Shown here: one piece after another, positions 50,236 through 62,914 of the stretch
How the letters are laid out: each line of letters starts with the position of its first letter
How positions within the stretch are numbered: position 1 is the stretch's first letter
From: Octopus bimaculoides
Taxonomy: Eukaryota
Length of the DNA stretch: 64,000 bases
NCBI RefSeq assembly: GCF_001194135.2
Contig: NC_068988.1
Coordinates: 45,963,668-46,027,667 of the forward strand
Reading direction: 5' to 3'
Translations under genes and position numbers: made by a program
The notes under the pieces: generated by a model
The model's input: the letters and a program-made list of their open reading frames with translations, nothing else
What the model was told of the DNA's origin: nothing
Databases searched by the model: none

Positions 50236-50339
50236 CCAAGTAACTTGTTAAAGAGAAAAGAACAAGGAAAGGGAAAAAAGAAAGAGAAAAGCTCTCTTGA
50301 TTTAATGCCAGAGAGAGTCATATAGTGACTAACCATTAG

Positions 50340-50555
50340 AAAAGTAACATATAATTGCCAACCAAGTGTGGTATCCTATACAGGACAGTGCTACTGATGT
50401 TTATAGCCCCAGGAAGACATCTCCTCCAGCTGGATAACAACACCCATTCTGTGTCCGACCAGTATTTGCGAGAGGAGGTCATCGCTCCCATCTCTAGCCT
50501 TACTTGATACACACAGGCTCGAGTTTCTGGGTGGTTACCCGTCCTCAGCATGTGT
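50340..50555 (-). mobile_element. Old SINE-like element, possibly with a Nin/Deu-type central domain
   Basis: The minus strand contains GTCTTCCTGGGGCTATAAACATCAGTAGCA...GGATACCACACTTGG, resembling a recalled Nin-domain consensus. Not verifiable here. Confidence 0.4.
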
Positions 50556-50824
50556 TAATCACAAGCTAGTGATGAAAACTCATTCCACACACAAAAGACT
50601 ATCAGTATTTTCCAGCAAAAAACTCTCGCTGATCTCGAAAAAGGAGAAATAAACTGTATTAAATCTCTAAGCAAATTTCTACTCCTGTTTATATCTCACT
50701 CATAGATTTAATATAGCTTATTTCTCCTTTTCCATTAAAAAGGTATTCCATATTTTTATGATATTCCATATTTCAATGAAAGTGTGTGGGGAGCGGGGGA
50801 GGCCCTTTCAGATTTAATTTAAAG

Positions 50825-51195
50825 GTGTAGGTGTGTTTGTGTGGTTAAGAAGCTTGCTTTGTAACCACATGGTTTTGGGTTCACTCCTAACATGTTTCAC
50901 TTTCGGCAAGTGACTTCCATTATAACCTTGGGCTGATCAATGCCCTGTGAGTGAATTTGGTAGACAGAAACTGTGTGGAAGACAGTCGTGTGTGTGTGTG
51001 TGTGCATGTATGTGCATGTGTGTGTATGTGTGCTTGTGTATGCGTGTGTGTGTGTGTTTGTGCTTGTTTCTCACCCTCTTGACAACTGGTGTTGCTTTGT
51101 TTATGTCCCAGTAACCAAGTGGTTCATAAAAAGAAGCTGATTTAAGAAATAAGTACAGGGGTTGATTTTTTTCAACTAAAAACCCTTTCAAGCTG
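50825..51195 (+). mobile_element. SINE family A, diverged
   Basis: Homologous head, (TG)n tract and 3' body. Confidence 0.85.
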
Positions 51196-52599
51196 GGTTA
51201 CATTACAATGTCATTCTAAAAACAAAATCTCAAAGTTACAAGATAATTCCTATGAATAAGTAGGCATGCATTTGACACAGTAAGCTAAATGCTAAAAGAG
51301 TAAACTCTAGCTTATTCCATAGTGACTTCATTCACCGTGGTTCACCTCCTCTCAAAAGATGGAAACACATCCTGTCTCCATTTTTAGCCCTTTGAATGTA
51401 TGAGTAAGCTTTAATGGGTGTGATTTTCTCTGATTATCTCTAGAAGATGCAAAAGTGGATGGCCATATGATTTTGTGTTTATTGGTAGAAACTAGATTAT
51501 TTTCAACTGTAAACACAAACCATGTGGCCACTTATTTCGTCAAATTCCAGGGGTATAATGAAACAAAAACTAAAATTGTTTAAGTGTATACATGTGTTCA
51601 AAGGTTTATACCTAGATTCAATTCTTTATTACTTTTTCCCATTAGTTTAACTTATCCTGATATTGCTGTCATAATATTTTTATAGCAATTACAATTTTTT
51701 AAAGAAATGAAGAAATATTGTTCAAGGAAAACAAATCAAGCTACTTTCACATCTTACTTTTCTATAGCTCCTGATTTTTCTTATAAATATTTAAAAGTTA
51801 TTAAGTGTTTTAAAGTTATTTCACTATTCCATGTATTGTTGGAGTTTTTGCTGTAAACGTTTAAAAGTTATTTGAATAATTTTTTTCATTCTTATTTCAT
51901 ATTTCACCATTCAATATGTTTTGATCTTTCTTTCAAACTGAGGAAATGACATATTAAACAATATACCACTGCAAATCTATATGTGTGTGTCTGTGTGCAT
52001 ATGCATGGACGTATATATGTATAAATGCAAATATATATATATATATANNNNNNNNNNNNNNNNNNNNNNNNNNNNNNNNNNNNNNNNNNNNNNNNNNNNN
52101 NNNNNNNNNNNNNNNNNNNNNNNNNNNNNNNNNNNNNNNNNNNNNNNNNNNNNNNNNNNNNNNNNNNNNNNNNNNNNNNNNNNNNNNNNNNNNNNNNNNN
52201 NNNNNNNNNNNNNNNNNNNNNNNNNNNNNNNNNNNNNNNNATATATACATATATATATATATATATATACACATGCATACGTATGTATTTATGTATGTAT
52301 AGAAAGACAAGATAATATATGTTACCTTAACTAGAAGAAAGCCGCCTGGAGAGTGCTGTTTCGCTTAGTAACTTAAATGCTAATTAACTCATTCTTTTAT
52401 TGGTTATCAATCATTTGTCTACTTGAAGATACATTCAGTAGCAAGAACGATTGCATTAACCTTCTTAGGATAGTGGTTATTCACAAGAAATAAAGCAAAG
52501 AAAATTGCATATGCAGTTATCTATTTTGCTCTTCAAAAGCAGCAAGTTGCATACCAACTCCTCTCAGGCCTACTATAACAAACTTATCTCTCAAACCTC

Positions 52600-52666
52600 T
52601 AGCTTCGGGCCGACGAAAGCCTTGTGAGTGAATTTGGTAGACGGAAACGGAAAGAAGCCTGTCGTA

Positions 52667-52725
<59 letters not shown>

Positions 52726-52935
52726 TTGTGTGTCTGTGTTTGTCCCCCCCCCCTCGCCTGACAACCGATGCTGGTGTGTTTACGTCCCCGTAACTTAGCG
52801 GTTCGGCAAAAAGTGAGCGATAAAATAAGTACTAGGCTTACAAAGAATATGTCCTGGGGTCGATTTGATTCGACTAAAGGCGGTGCTCCAGCATGGCCAC
52901 AGTCAAATGACTGAAACAACTAAAAAAGAGTAAAA
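52600..52935 (+). mobile_element. SINE family A, 5'-truncated
   Basis: Starts at ...CGGGCCGACGAAAGCCTTGTGAG and runs to the tail. Confidence 0.92.
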
Positions 52936-52936
52936 G

Positions 52937-53170
52937 TGTGGAGGAGCGTGGTTTAGTAGTTAGGGTGTTGGACTCATGATTGAAAGATTGTGGTTTTGAT
53001 TCCTGGACCAGTTGATGCATTGTGTTCTTAAGCAAAGCACTTCATTTCACATCTCTCCAGTCAGCCCAGCTGACAAAAATGAGTGATCCTGTGATGGACT
53101 GGCGTCTCGTCCAGGTGAGAATATATACACCTTAAAATTAGGGAACCAGCTCTTATGAGTCAATATGATT
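52937..53170 (+). mobile_element. tRNA-derived SINE with V-domain-like motif, directly abutting the family A tail
   Basis: A box TGGTTTAGTAG, B box GGTTTTGATTCC and CCTGTGATGGACTGGCGTCTCGTCCAGG (V-SINE-like). Confidence 0.65.
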
Positions 53171-53419
53171 TGAGAAGGTAACTTTACTGATTTTACCTTG
53201 TAGTAAGTGTATCTATCTGATTTTATAAGAATTGTCACTTTTGATGAACAGTAACAACTACCTTTATTGGTAAGACAAGGTAATAAGAACATTGAAGGAA
53301 TTTTTGTATGATTGCTTGATCTCATCTTAACTTGTTTGTAGCATTCAAATCTGTTTTAGTAAGCATTATTTTAAAAAGAACTACATGCCCCAAATTGCTT
53401 CAAATCCTGCCTCCTTTAA

Positions 53420-53641
53420 CCCTTTCGATACCAACCTGGCTGAAACTGCCTCTGGCTCTGTAGTACAAATGCCTTGGTTGCATAAGTTTTGAATTAAACT
53501 CTTCCACCAAACCTTAGTCACAATTTATGTTCATAACACTAGCTTAATGGTAACTAAGTTATTTTACTAAATTCTTTGTTATATTTAAAATTAATTGCAA
53601 AAAACACAGAGCATCTCAAAATAAATTCAGTAACGAAAGGG
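53420..53641. mobile_element. piggyBac-type MITE (222 bp)
   Basis: TTAA at 53416-53419 and 53642-53645. TIRs CCCTTTCGATAC / GTAACGAAAGGG match at 11 of 12 positions. Confidence 0.88.
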
Positions 53642-56437
53642 TTAATCATAGTTGCATATTGAAGACAGGATGACAATGATAGTCCCAGATTATGGTTTAA
53701 TCATTTAGATCAGTCCCATGGTTCAGCAACACCTGAGTTGAAAAAGCTTCCCAATAACAGTAACAACTATTTTTTGTGTCATATAATGATACAGTAAATA
53801 AACTGTAATGTTTTATTACAATAAATTTGGTCAGTGAATGCAGAGCATCTGCTATAGTTGAATGTTGTGTGAATTTAGTATGTTAATTGTAAAATAATGA
53901 TTGCATGCAATTGTGTTACAAAAACTGTTGCATATCAAAGATATTAGTCAGTGTTTGCTAGAGGGAACATCGTGCTATTATGGGTTTATAATGCATTAAG
54001 TTGTAAATTCATTTTAAGAGTAGGTTTCTCTTATCACTTTCAGTTTGGGTTGCAGAAAAGCGTTCATTTCCAAGTTGAAGAAACCTTTGTTGTGTGTAGA
54101 GATAATTAAAATTTAATGATAATAGTAATTATCTTTATCATTATTTAATTATAATTCAGCAGAATGTCACAAATTTGTAGCACAAGGGTATGGTTGATTT
54201 AGCTAATAAAGTACTTAGAGATGCCATATCCTTCAAAATAGTATCTATATACAGAACCTTAAAAATCTTACTTGATAAAATTATGAGGTGAAGAAAAAAT
54301 ATAAAATAATGACTGATGTTATAGTAATTGTTCTGGCAAGCAGGAAAGACAGCGTCAGTCATGTTTGAATCTTATTAAACCTCTTCAGGGAAGCAGAGAC
54401 TTCCTCGTACTTGCTGAAATAGTGCTGACAGAATCACTGAAATAGTACTGACAGAATACAGTTTTGTACATGAGTAGGCCTTAAAAATTAGCATAATTTA
54501 TACATGTTCTAAGTCAGCACTGGCTGAATAAACTCACAATCAAATGCTTGTATAGTGACGTCTTCTTTCAATCTGAATTTTAGGAATATGCTCATTTTTG
54601 AAGCGTAGTCACCAAAACAAATGTATTCTACGAAACTTTATTCTGCTGCAGAATGACTAATATAATATAATGTAATTATTGTGTATAGTGCTACAGCTTA
54701 TCAAAGGTACATGTACAGTACATAAAATTATGTACAAAAGTCAGGAAGGGGAAACAGTGTATGAGTCATGATATACATGTGTGCATGTGTACACCAAATT
54801 TCTTTGAAAATTTTTGATCTTTTTTTGAAGTTCACCGAAATTCTATGAATACCCCATAAATATGTAAATTTTGCCTTCCTATCCTAAATTTTGTGTCAAA
54901 GACTATTAACTAAGATAATTGGTGAGAGGATTAAAAACTATTAGTAAACTAACTTTAATTTTTGCCTTTTTCAGGTAATTGAATTTTATACATTTTTCAC
55001 TTTATTTTAATTAAGTACCAATTTGGTTTTCTATCTTTTCTGTCAGAATATGCCTCCCTTCATCTAATGTATCTCCTGCTTTAAGTTTTAAAGAATATTA
55101 AAACTGAATTAATCTTAGAAGGGCTGAATAAACTATTAAAAGTATATTAAAAACTAGTGAGTAAAGTAAATGAAAATACGTAAAGGAAATAGAGAAAATA
55201 AAAATACACATGCATGTACATACACACATACATATACATATATATATGTGTGAGTGTGAGTGTGTGAGTGTGTGTGTATGGGTACATGAATGAATGCATT
55301 TCACGTTAGTGTAAGAGGGAGAGAAAGGCAAAAGGGTATGCAGATTGAAAAGTGGAAGAAATATTTAAAGTAAAAGCTTATAAATTTAATGAGATGGGTA
55401 ATAATGCAGGTGAGAAAAATGTCTTGTAAACAAAATAGTGGGTATTAATATCCAGTTCTGTGGGTACAAAATAGTCACATGAGAAAAAGATTGTACTTTA
55501 TATATTTAAAGAACATTCTATTTTACTTTTTTTCTTAATTAGAAAATTAATAAAATGTTAAGAAGAAAAAAAATATGTTTGATATAGAATTTTAAAATGA
55601 AAGGAGAAATAATTTAAATAAATTAAGCTAAATTAAATTAAACTAACTTAAATCAATAAACTAATTAAATTAAGAAGAAATCTGTGCAAAGTTGATGATG
55701 AAAAAAATTTAAGCAAAAACAGTAAAGGAATTGAAAATATTTGGATATTAAGGGGGAAGACAACTCAAGGTTAAATAGGCTTTCAAGGAAGTTAATAATG
55801 TTGCGAATAAGGAAGAAAAAATATGCATTAACTGGGGAGTTGACTAAAAGAGAGAAAAGGCCGGTGGGAGATAATTGAAAAATCAAGGAAAAAGCAATAT
55901 AGGGATTAAAAGTGTGAATAATTGTAACAGGTAGGGTGGAAGCAAAAATGTTAATAACTAATATTATTAGGGCAGCTTAGCCAATAGATTAGGTTGAATT
56001 TGAGAGTATTTGTTGGAAATACATAGGCAGGGGTAGATTGGAAGTATAAAGGGTTAATGAGTGAAATATGCAACAGAAATACTTTGCCCCAAGCAGGAGC
56101 TACAGGTGGTACATAATGATGTTCTAGGATCTTCCGCTTTATGGTGATCAAAGCAATTGCATTGATGAGAATGCTTCTCTATCATCAATGAGTATCACAG
56201 GGCCATGAGCATGTGATCACTTAGCCTATATGCTTTACAAGAGAAAGGCAGTGAGGGATGAATTAAACTACTTCTTCAGTCGTATTCCATCTGCAGTTGC
56301 TTATCGACCATAACCATTTTTAATCAGTTTCAGCTGCTATGGCTATCACTTTAATAGCTTTCTTCAGTAAAAGTTGCATATAAGAGCAGATGGTCTATAA
56401 AATAAGTTAAACATGTATGGAGACAATTATATATATA

Positions 56438-56660
56438 AATGGCCGTTGCCAGTACCCCCTGACTGGCCTTCGTGCCGGTGGCACGTTAAAGCGCCCACTA
56501 CACTCTCCGAGTGTTTGGCGTTAGGAAGGGCATCCAGCTGCAGAAACTCTGCCAAATCAGATTGGAGCCTGGTGTAGCCATCTGTTTCACCAGTCCTCAG
56601 TCAAATCGTCCAACCCATGCTAGCAGGGAAAGTGGAAGTTAAATGATGATGATGATGATG
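56438..56660 (+). mobile_element. Family C retroposon, low divergence
   Basis: Reverse complement of the 37305-37530 segment, with a (GAT)n tail. Confidence 0.9.
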
Positions 56661-57267
56661 AAAAATAATGGGTTAAATGGTTAAAAGGTAAAAATAGAAT
56701 AACTAAGACAATCAGTATATCTATGTATTAATTAAAACATCATACGAGGATACTGTGAATAAAGATGGATGGATATGAGAATATTATACCAGATTTAAAA
56801 ACTATGGCAGCCGGAACTCTCCTCTTATAATAAGACAATATACCATAATGTATTTGCAGCACCAGTGTTGATTCCAACTAAATTGCACATCAAAAATACA
56901 ATCTGTAAGTGGAACAGTAAAAATATGCAAGACTTTTCTTAAGTTTAAAATGCGACAGTATTTTTTTTTGTTATCTACATTCCAACGATGGAGCTTTGTA
57001 TCTTCGTTATAAATAAACCAGCTATTTTTGTAGGGGAAGAACTTAAATAATTAAAAACAGAGCATACATATACTTACACACACACACATATATATGATAT
57101 GATATAATATGATATAATGTAAATACACACGCACATACATATATACACACAAGTACATATATATATATAATATATACAGATATATGTGAGTGTGTGTGTG
57201 TATATATATATGCTTATATATATATATATATATATAAATACATATATATATATATATAAATACATAT

Positions 57268-57317
<50 letters not shown>

Positions 57318-57940
57318 GAAATTGCTTATAAACGTATGAGTTACTATGAGGAGATATTGGCGATTGTACTGTGGACTGTATGGTGCTTTCTTTACCTGCA
57401 AATATCAAAGTGATTGATTACTAAATTACTTTAAAAATTACTGTAATATAGATGTATTTACACACACATACACCTGCACACACACACACACTCGTATATG
57501 CACAACATACTTATATACACACATCCAACACACACGTCATACAAAACAATCAATCAATGAAATTTTTAGTAATTCTTTAGGCCAATGTTTTCTCTGTTCT
57601 TTGTTTTGGAATATTACTATGTTATTGTTGTTGATTTATGTTTCTGCTGTAACGTCAAGCCTCATTGTCGTTGTGTTTTCTTTCAATATATTTTGTTGCT
57701 GTTTGGCCCAAGTCAAAACTTTTCTTCGAGGTTGATTGTGTAAATATAAACTACTATAAAAGTTGTAAGAGTTGATGAAGAACGAAACCGAAAACAGTAA
57801 ATATTCTCTATAATTTTGTTAGTAACGCTATATTAAATACAACTCTGGAAGCCTATCATAAATAAATAAGTGTGTCCATTTTTTGTATTATAGTGCATTG
57901 TTGTCCCATTCAAAACATTTTATTCTTTATAAGTTTTGTG

Positions 57941-58670
57941 ATTTAGAAATAATACATTTCTAAATCTCTGAGAGAGATTTATGCAGTAGTGATACGATGA
58001 AGTAGTTGTATGCTGTCAACTTAATGTGACAGTCCCCTGAAGGGAATAATACTACTGTTGGTTAGACCTAGGGAGCTGCACCACTTCCTGTCAGCCTTGA
58101 CACATTTCCTGTGTCCTTATGTTTACAAGGGGGAGACAAGCACCTCCACTTAGCTAAGCCTGCATCCAGAGACATGTTCCTGAGTCTTTGCTCATCATCA
58201 GTCTGGAGTAGCAATGACCTGCTAGTTGGAGATGCTTGTCAAGCTCTTGTAAACATAATAATTCTAGTGAAACACATTCACTGATTTCAAATTTAGAAAT
58301 AATACATTTCTAAATCTCTCAGAGAGATTTATGCAGTAGTGATACAATGAAGTAGTTATATGCTGTCAACTTAATGTGACAGTCCCCTGGTTTGTATGAC
58401 ACGTGTGCTGGATGTGTGTATATAAGTATGTTGTGCATATATGAGTTTTGAGTGTGTGTATGTGTGTGTGTGCACGTGTGTGTGCATGTGTGGGTGTGTC
58501 AGTTTGTGTGTGTAAATATATCTATATTACTGTAATTTACTGTCAACATAAGGACACAGGAAATGTGTCAAGGCCGCCAGGAAGCAGTGCAGCTTCCTAG
58601 GTCTAAACAACAGTAGTATTATTCCCTTCAGGGGACTGTCACATTAAGTTGACAGCATGCCACTACTTCA
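57941..58670 (-). mobile_element. Penelope-type terminal-repeat complex with a 99-bp direct repeat (350-bp period), a 126-bp inverted repeat and a hammerhead
   Basis: 57941-58039 equals 58291-58389 with 3 mismatches. 57998-58123 is inverted at 58545-58670. A hammerhead lies at 58165-58207. A related diverged copy occurs at about 62345-62450. Confidence 0.8.
58165..58207 (-). ncRNA. Minimal type I hammerhead ribozyme motif with one core substitution
   Basis: Minus strand reads TCCAGA-CTGATGA-TGAG(CAAAGA)CTCA-GGAA-CATG-TC-TCTGGA: 6-bp helix I, 4-bp helix II, palindromic ACATGT helix III and a GUC cleavage triplet, with GGAA in place of GAAA. Confidence 0.8.
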
Positions 58671-58724
58671 AGTTTTGTGATGTTTTCCATTTATATGTAC
58701 TAACTTTTACAAGGGAAACATCGA

Positions 58725-58766
58725 CAGTGACTTCAAAGTTTCGGTTTACTCAACATCATCAGAATG
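58725..58766 (-). ncRNA. Second type I hammerhead motif, at the 3' end of another PLE-like fragment (about 58700-59130)
   Basis: Minus strand reads CATT-CTGATGA-TGTT(GAGTA)AACC-GAAA-CTT(TG)AAG-TC-ACTG. The core and GUC are intact; helices I and II are imperfect. Confidence 0.6.
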
Positions 58767-59482
58767 GGTTTTACTTGGGTTCCTTTTGACAAATTGTTTT
58801 CTTTTGGGTGGGAGGTAGGGAGGGTAATGGAGCTGTATGAAGGATAATTATGTATGGTGTTGGACACTGGGGTGGTAGTTGTGTAGGAAGAGGAACAACG
58901 GAAGATAGGAGGAAAAGATGTGTTTTTTAAGGGGTTGATTGATTGAAAGTTATGGTGAGGAGATTTATTTTGGCTTCATGTAAGAATTTTATTATATTGT
59001 TTGGGGTTCAGTTAGATTTGGACTATGATGAATAGGAGAGGTTTTGGGAATGAGCCTCGATGGACTTAAATTGTCACATTAAATTCCTTACTGAAATCAT
59101 TGTTGACTATCACTTTACTTACTGCATCTTTGTACATAAATTGTACAACCCTGGCAAGCAATATACCTACACTTCATTTCCTTAGTGGTAACCAAATTAC
59201 TAAATGCCTTTTCTAAGTCAACAAATGTCAGAAATAGGGGTTTGCTTTTAGCCAAGTACTTCTGAAGTTGCCAAACCAGGAATATTACATCAGTTGTACA
59301 TCTTCTAAGGATGAGGCCAAACTACATCCAACATATAAACAACAGCAAGAAAATTGATAAATTGTTGTTTTGAACAAAGTACCTTTTTATTTTGAATTAT
59401 ACAGATAATCTCTTGCAACTCTCACACACATAAATGTAATGAATCCAGTAGTTGATGATGCTACTGTTTAGAGAATGTAGAA

Positions 59483-59598
59483 CAAATAATTTTAAAATAA
59501 AATCATATTTATTTTAAATTGTTTCAAATTATTTTAAAATAAATTCATATTTATTTTGAATTATTTCAAATTATTTTAAAATAAATTCATATTTATTC
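59483..59598. repeat. 42-bp AT-rich tandem repeat, about 2.8 copies
   Basis: CAAATTATTTTAAAATAAATTCATATTTATTTTGAATTATTT-like units start at 59483, 59525 and 59567. Confidence 0.85.
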
Positions 59599-61563
59599 AG
59601 TTGTGTTCTAAAGCAATATATGTTATATGCCTTGTCTCAGTCTAATTAAATGTAAGTATGTAACATTCTTATTTAAGTGGTGTTTGGGTATATTGCTGTA
59701 GCATTGAATTTGCATGGTGTGTGAACCACACAGCCACACAGAGCAGCTACTTTATATAAGTATGCTATACTTGATATAGCCAAATGTATGTCACATAAAA
59801 AAAAAAGGCTGCCAATTTGGCTACCATACAGGGCAGCCAAAATGCACACAATGCCACTGGGTGATTAACAGATATCAAAATTAGAAAGATAATTTCAAAT
59901 GTTCATATAAAATAATTAAAAACCAATAGATGTTTCTTATATGTGAAAGATCTATATAAAGATGTATACATTATAATATTAAAGTATATGTTCAGGCAAG
60001 TAGTAAAGAAAAATAACTTAATTGGCTGGCTTCCTGTTGAGATTGGCCTTACTTTTTGTTCTTACGGAAGAGATAAAATGTGTGTCAATTAAATATTGTG
60101 GTTCTCTTTCCCCTTTCAAATGTGTGCTCATATACTAGTGTCATAAATCAATATTATTTTTATCAGCAGAGTTGTAAGAGAGCTGGATTGAATGCAATGA
60201 ATAATTTGGTTCAACTCTCTGTAAGCTGAGCTAAAGGTCAACTTTGCCTTTATCCTTTCAAAGTTAATAAAAAAGAGTGTACCAGTCCAAGATTGATTGG
60301 TAGACTTGTGAGTATGTAAGACAGTTTGTTTTGAGATGTGTTCTATATTTGTGCATGTTGAGTTCAATTTTATCCTCTTTTCCTGAAAACTATAACATTT
60401 CTGCCAAAAATTATGACTAACAGATGGTAGCAGTTTGAAAATGCAACAGAAACATAGTTTCCTTGGTTGAATTAGAAGATCGTCTGCCATCAGCTGATAT
60501 CGGTAAAGACAATAAACTGCGGACAAATCATTCATTATCAGAAATCTTGTACACAAGGATAAACTTTGTTATTTACTAAGATGTTAGCAAGAAAATAGTG
60601 CATTTGCTGGTGAAAAATAAGCAATATTTTGGAAATATATATTAAAATGGGACATGATCCTATATGATTTATAGACAGCTGTATGATGAAAGCATGTAAA
60701 TTAATCAAAACTTAGGATAAAAGATGCTAAGAAGTTGTTGGTCTGAAGTGACATGATGGCATGTTCAGGTCATGTCAAACTGATAGGCTTTACAAGTAAT
60801 TTTAAACCTGATCCTACACAAGCAGAGACTGAATAATGGGTAGTTCACTAAAAGAGCCATAATTCATAACCAATTTATAAGTGTTTTATATTAACATTTC
60901 TAAGTTTGTAAAGAAGTGTTCAATTTATGCTAGCAATGGAAGTAATAAGGGAGTTTGTTTGAATTAAACAGGTGAACTGTAAATTAATTTCAGGTATTGG
61001 GAATCGCTCAAATTCCAACTTTTACATTATTAAATGGTGTAAATAATAGCAATTGTAAATACACAGGAAAATAATGAAGAAATATCTTTGAATTTATTTT
61101 TGCCTTTCAACTGAAAATTTGAATTTAGCAATGTTACAATTATTTTTCAATCTAAGATGTCACCTAGGGATGTCATAATGTCGTGACACAAATCTAAGAA
61201 GAAACTATTATGCAGGTTGCATTTTTAATTTAGAAAGCTGGATTACAGATTGAATTTTGGGGAACTCTATGTGTATCGTAAAGTTTTACTATTGCCTTCA
61301 AAGACTACTATCACATCTAATTAGTAGCATCGAACATGTTAAGAACATATTTAAATGTTAAGTGCTTGTCAGGTTACTCTTGAGTGCTACTGGTAACATG
61401 TAACCTAATACAACCTGTCGCATGGTTGGGTTGTTGGTGACTAAACCAGAAACCCCACCAAGCTTGCATGGTGAGAAAGGTTATTTGGACATTCTGTGGA
61501 ATGAAAGACCAAACCCATCAGAGGGCTGAGGAACTCATAAGAGTCAAAAACCACCCAATAGTG

Positions 61564-61612
<49 letters not shown>

Positions 61613-62914
61613 TCATTTGATGTATTATCTTCATTCAGCAAAACTACATGATGCAGTTTGAGTAGAAGAGCCTCTTCAGTCAATGGAAAGTCTAGGGTCA
61701 ACCTATCTAGTTAGTGGATTACTGTCAAATGATAGAACTGATAATTTATGAACTCACTAGCAACTTGAAAGCACTATGGAGTCCTGGAATCTCATAATGT
61801 CACCAATTGAAGTTGGACAACTAATAATATTTAACAAATGCTTGGATTTTCTAGAAATTTTGGTTTGCTGAAAGACTGTAGAAAGATTGTTATTATAGAT
61901 AGCAGAGCCATCAGCTAACATATGATCCCTTCTTTTCCCTTCTGTTTTATGACTGGTACCCATATTCAGAAAATACAAGATTATAAGAAAACCTCTTCAG
62001 GTTCCTAACTTCTATTATTGTTTTTCATGAGATCTATTGTGTTAGATATCAACGATTACTGACTGAATCATAATTTTCACAAGTCTACATTAGCATAATA
62101 AAATCTGTATTTTCAGCAGACTGCAACACAGATTAATTGTCATCTTCAGTTGTTATAGCACTCTCTACACAATAAACACTGAACTAACAACTTCAAGTAA
62201 CATGTCAACACCTGAATAGTAAGCAAACTCATTTTTTCAAAGCCCTTCCAAAATCTGTCACTAAGGTCTACATGAAGAAGATAATTGAACTTAGTAGAAG
62301 CACACTTTTTAACTAGAATTTCATACTGAAAAGCAAAGACCATTTTCCGATATAATGTGACAGTCCTGGATGGGATGAACGTTACTGTTGTTCAGCCCCA
62401 AGAAACGTTGTTTCCAACTGGCTATACAACACAGTATCTGTGTCCTTACATTTTCGAACATGTGTCTTTTCATACTGAAACCTTTCTCTGATATGACACC
62501 ACAGAAGCAGTAAAGAAATTCAAAATATTAAAAGTTTCAAGATTCAACAAGATCTCAGAATTTTTTTACATAAAACATTAAGAATCCGAAGAAATAATTG
62601 CATTCACTATTATCTTCAGTTACATGTACCACCACTACAAATTCACAGGAACTGGGAAAAACTGGGAAAATTTTGAAACTGGGAAAAATCATTATGAAAC
62701 TAAGACTCAGTTGAAATAGCAACAGACTGGGACATTACCATCACAGATCCTAAAAAGAATCCTCTTTGACACCACCAGAGCACATTATTTTCACATCTCA
62801 GAATGGGTTCAGATTCAAACAACTTGAAATACTTTTGATTTCGTTCTTCACTGCCTATATATCCTTAGACGCAAAATACTAAAATATTAAGAAACAACAC
62901 AAAATATTCTTTTC

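Noticed and set aside
54413-54460. 23-bp tandem duplication after a good acceptor (also AACTGGGAAAA three times at about 62650-62690)
   Set aside because: All frames are closed shortly after the acceptor, so this is ordinary slippage duplication.
55690-56130. Purine-rich tract that might be a LINE endonuclease remnant
   Set aside because: No convincing APE motifs were found in the frames I checked.
61515-61556. Hammerhead-like CTGAGGA-ACTC(ATAA)GAGT-CAAAAA
   Set aside because: Helix II is present, but GAAA is absent and no helix III or cleavage site can be formed. It is at best a far-decayed relic.
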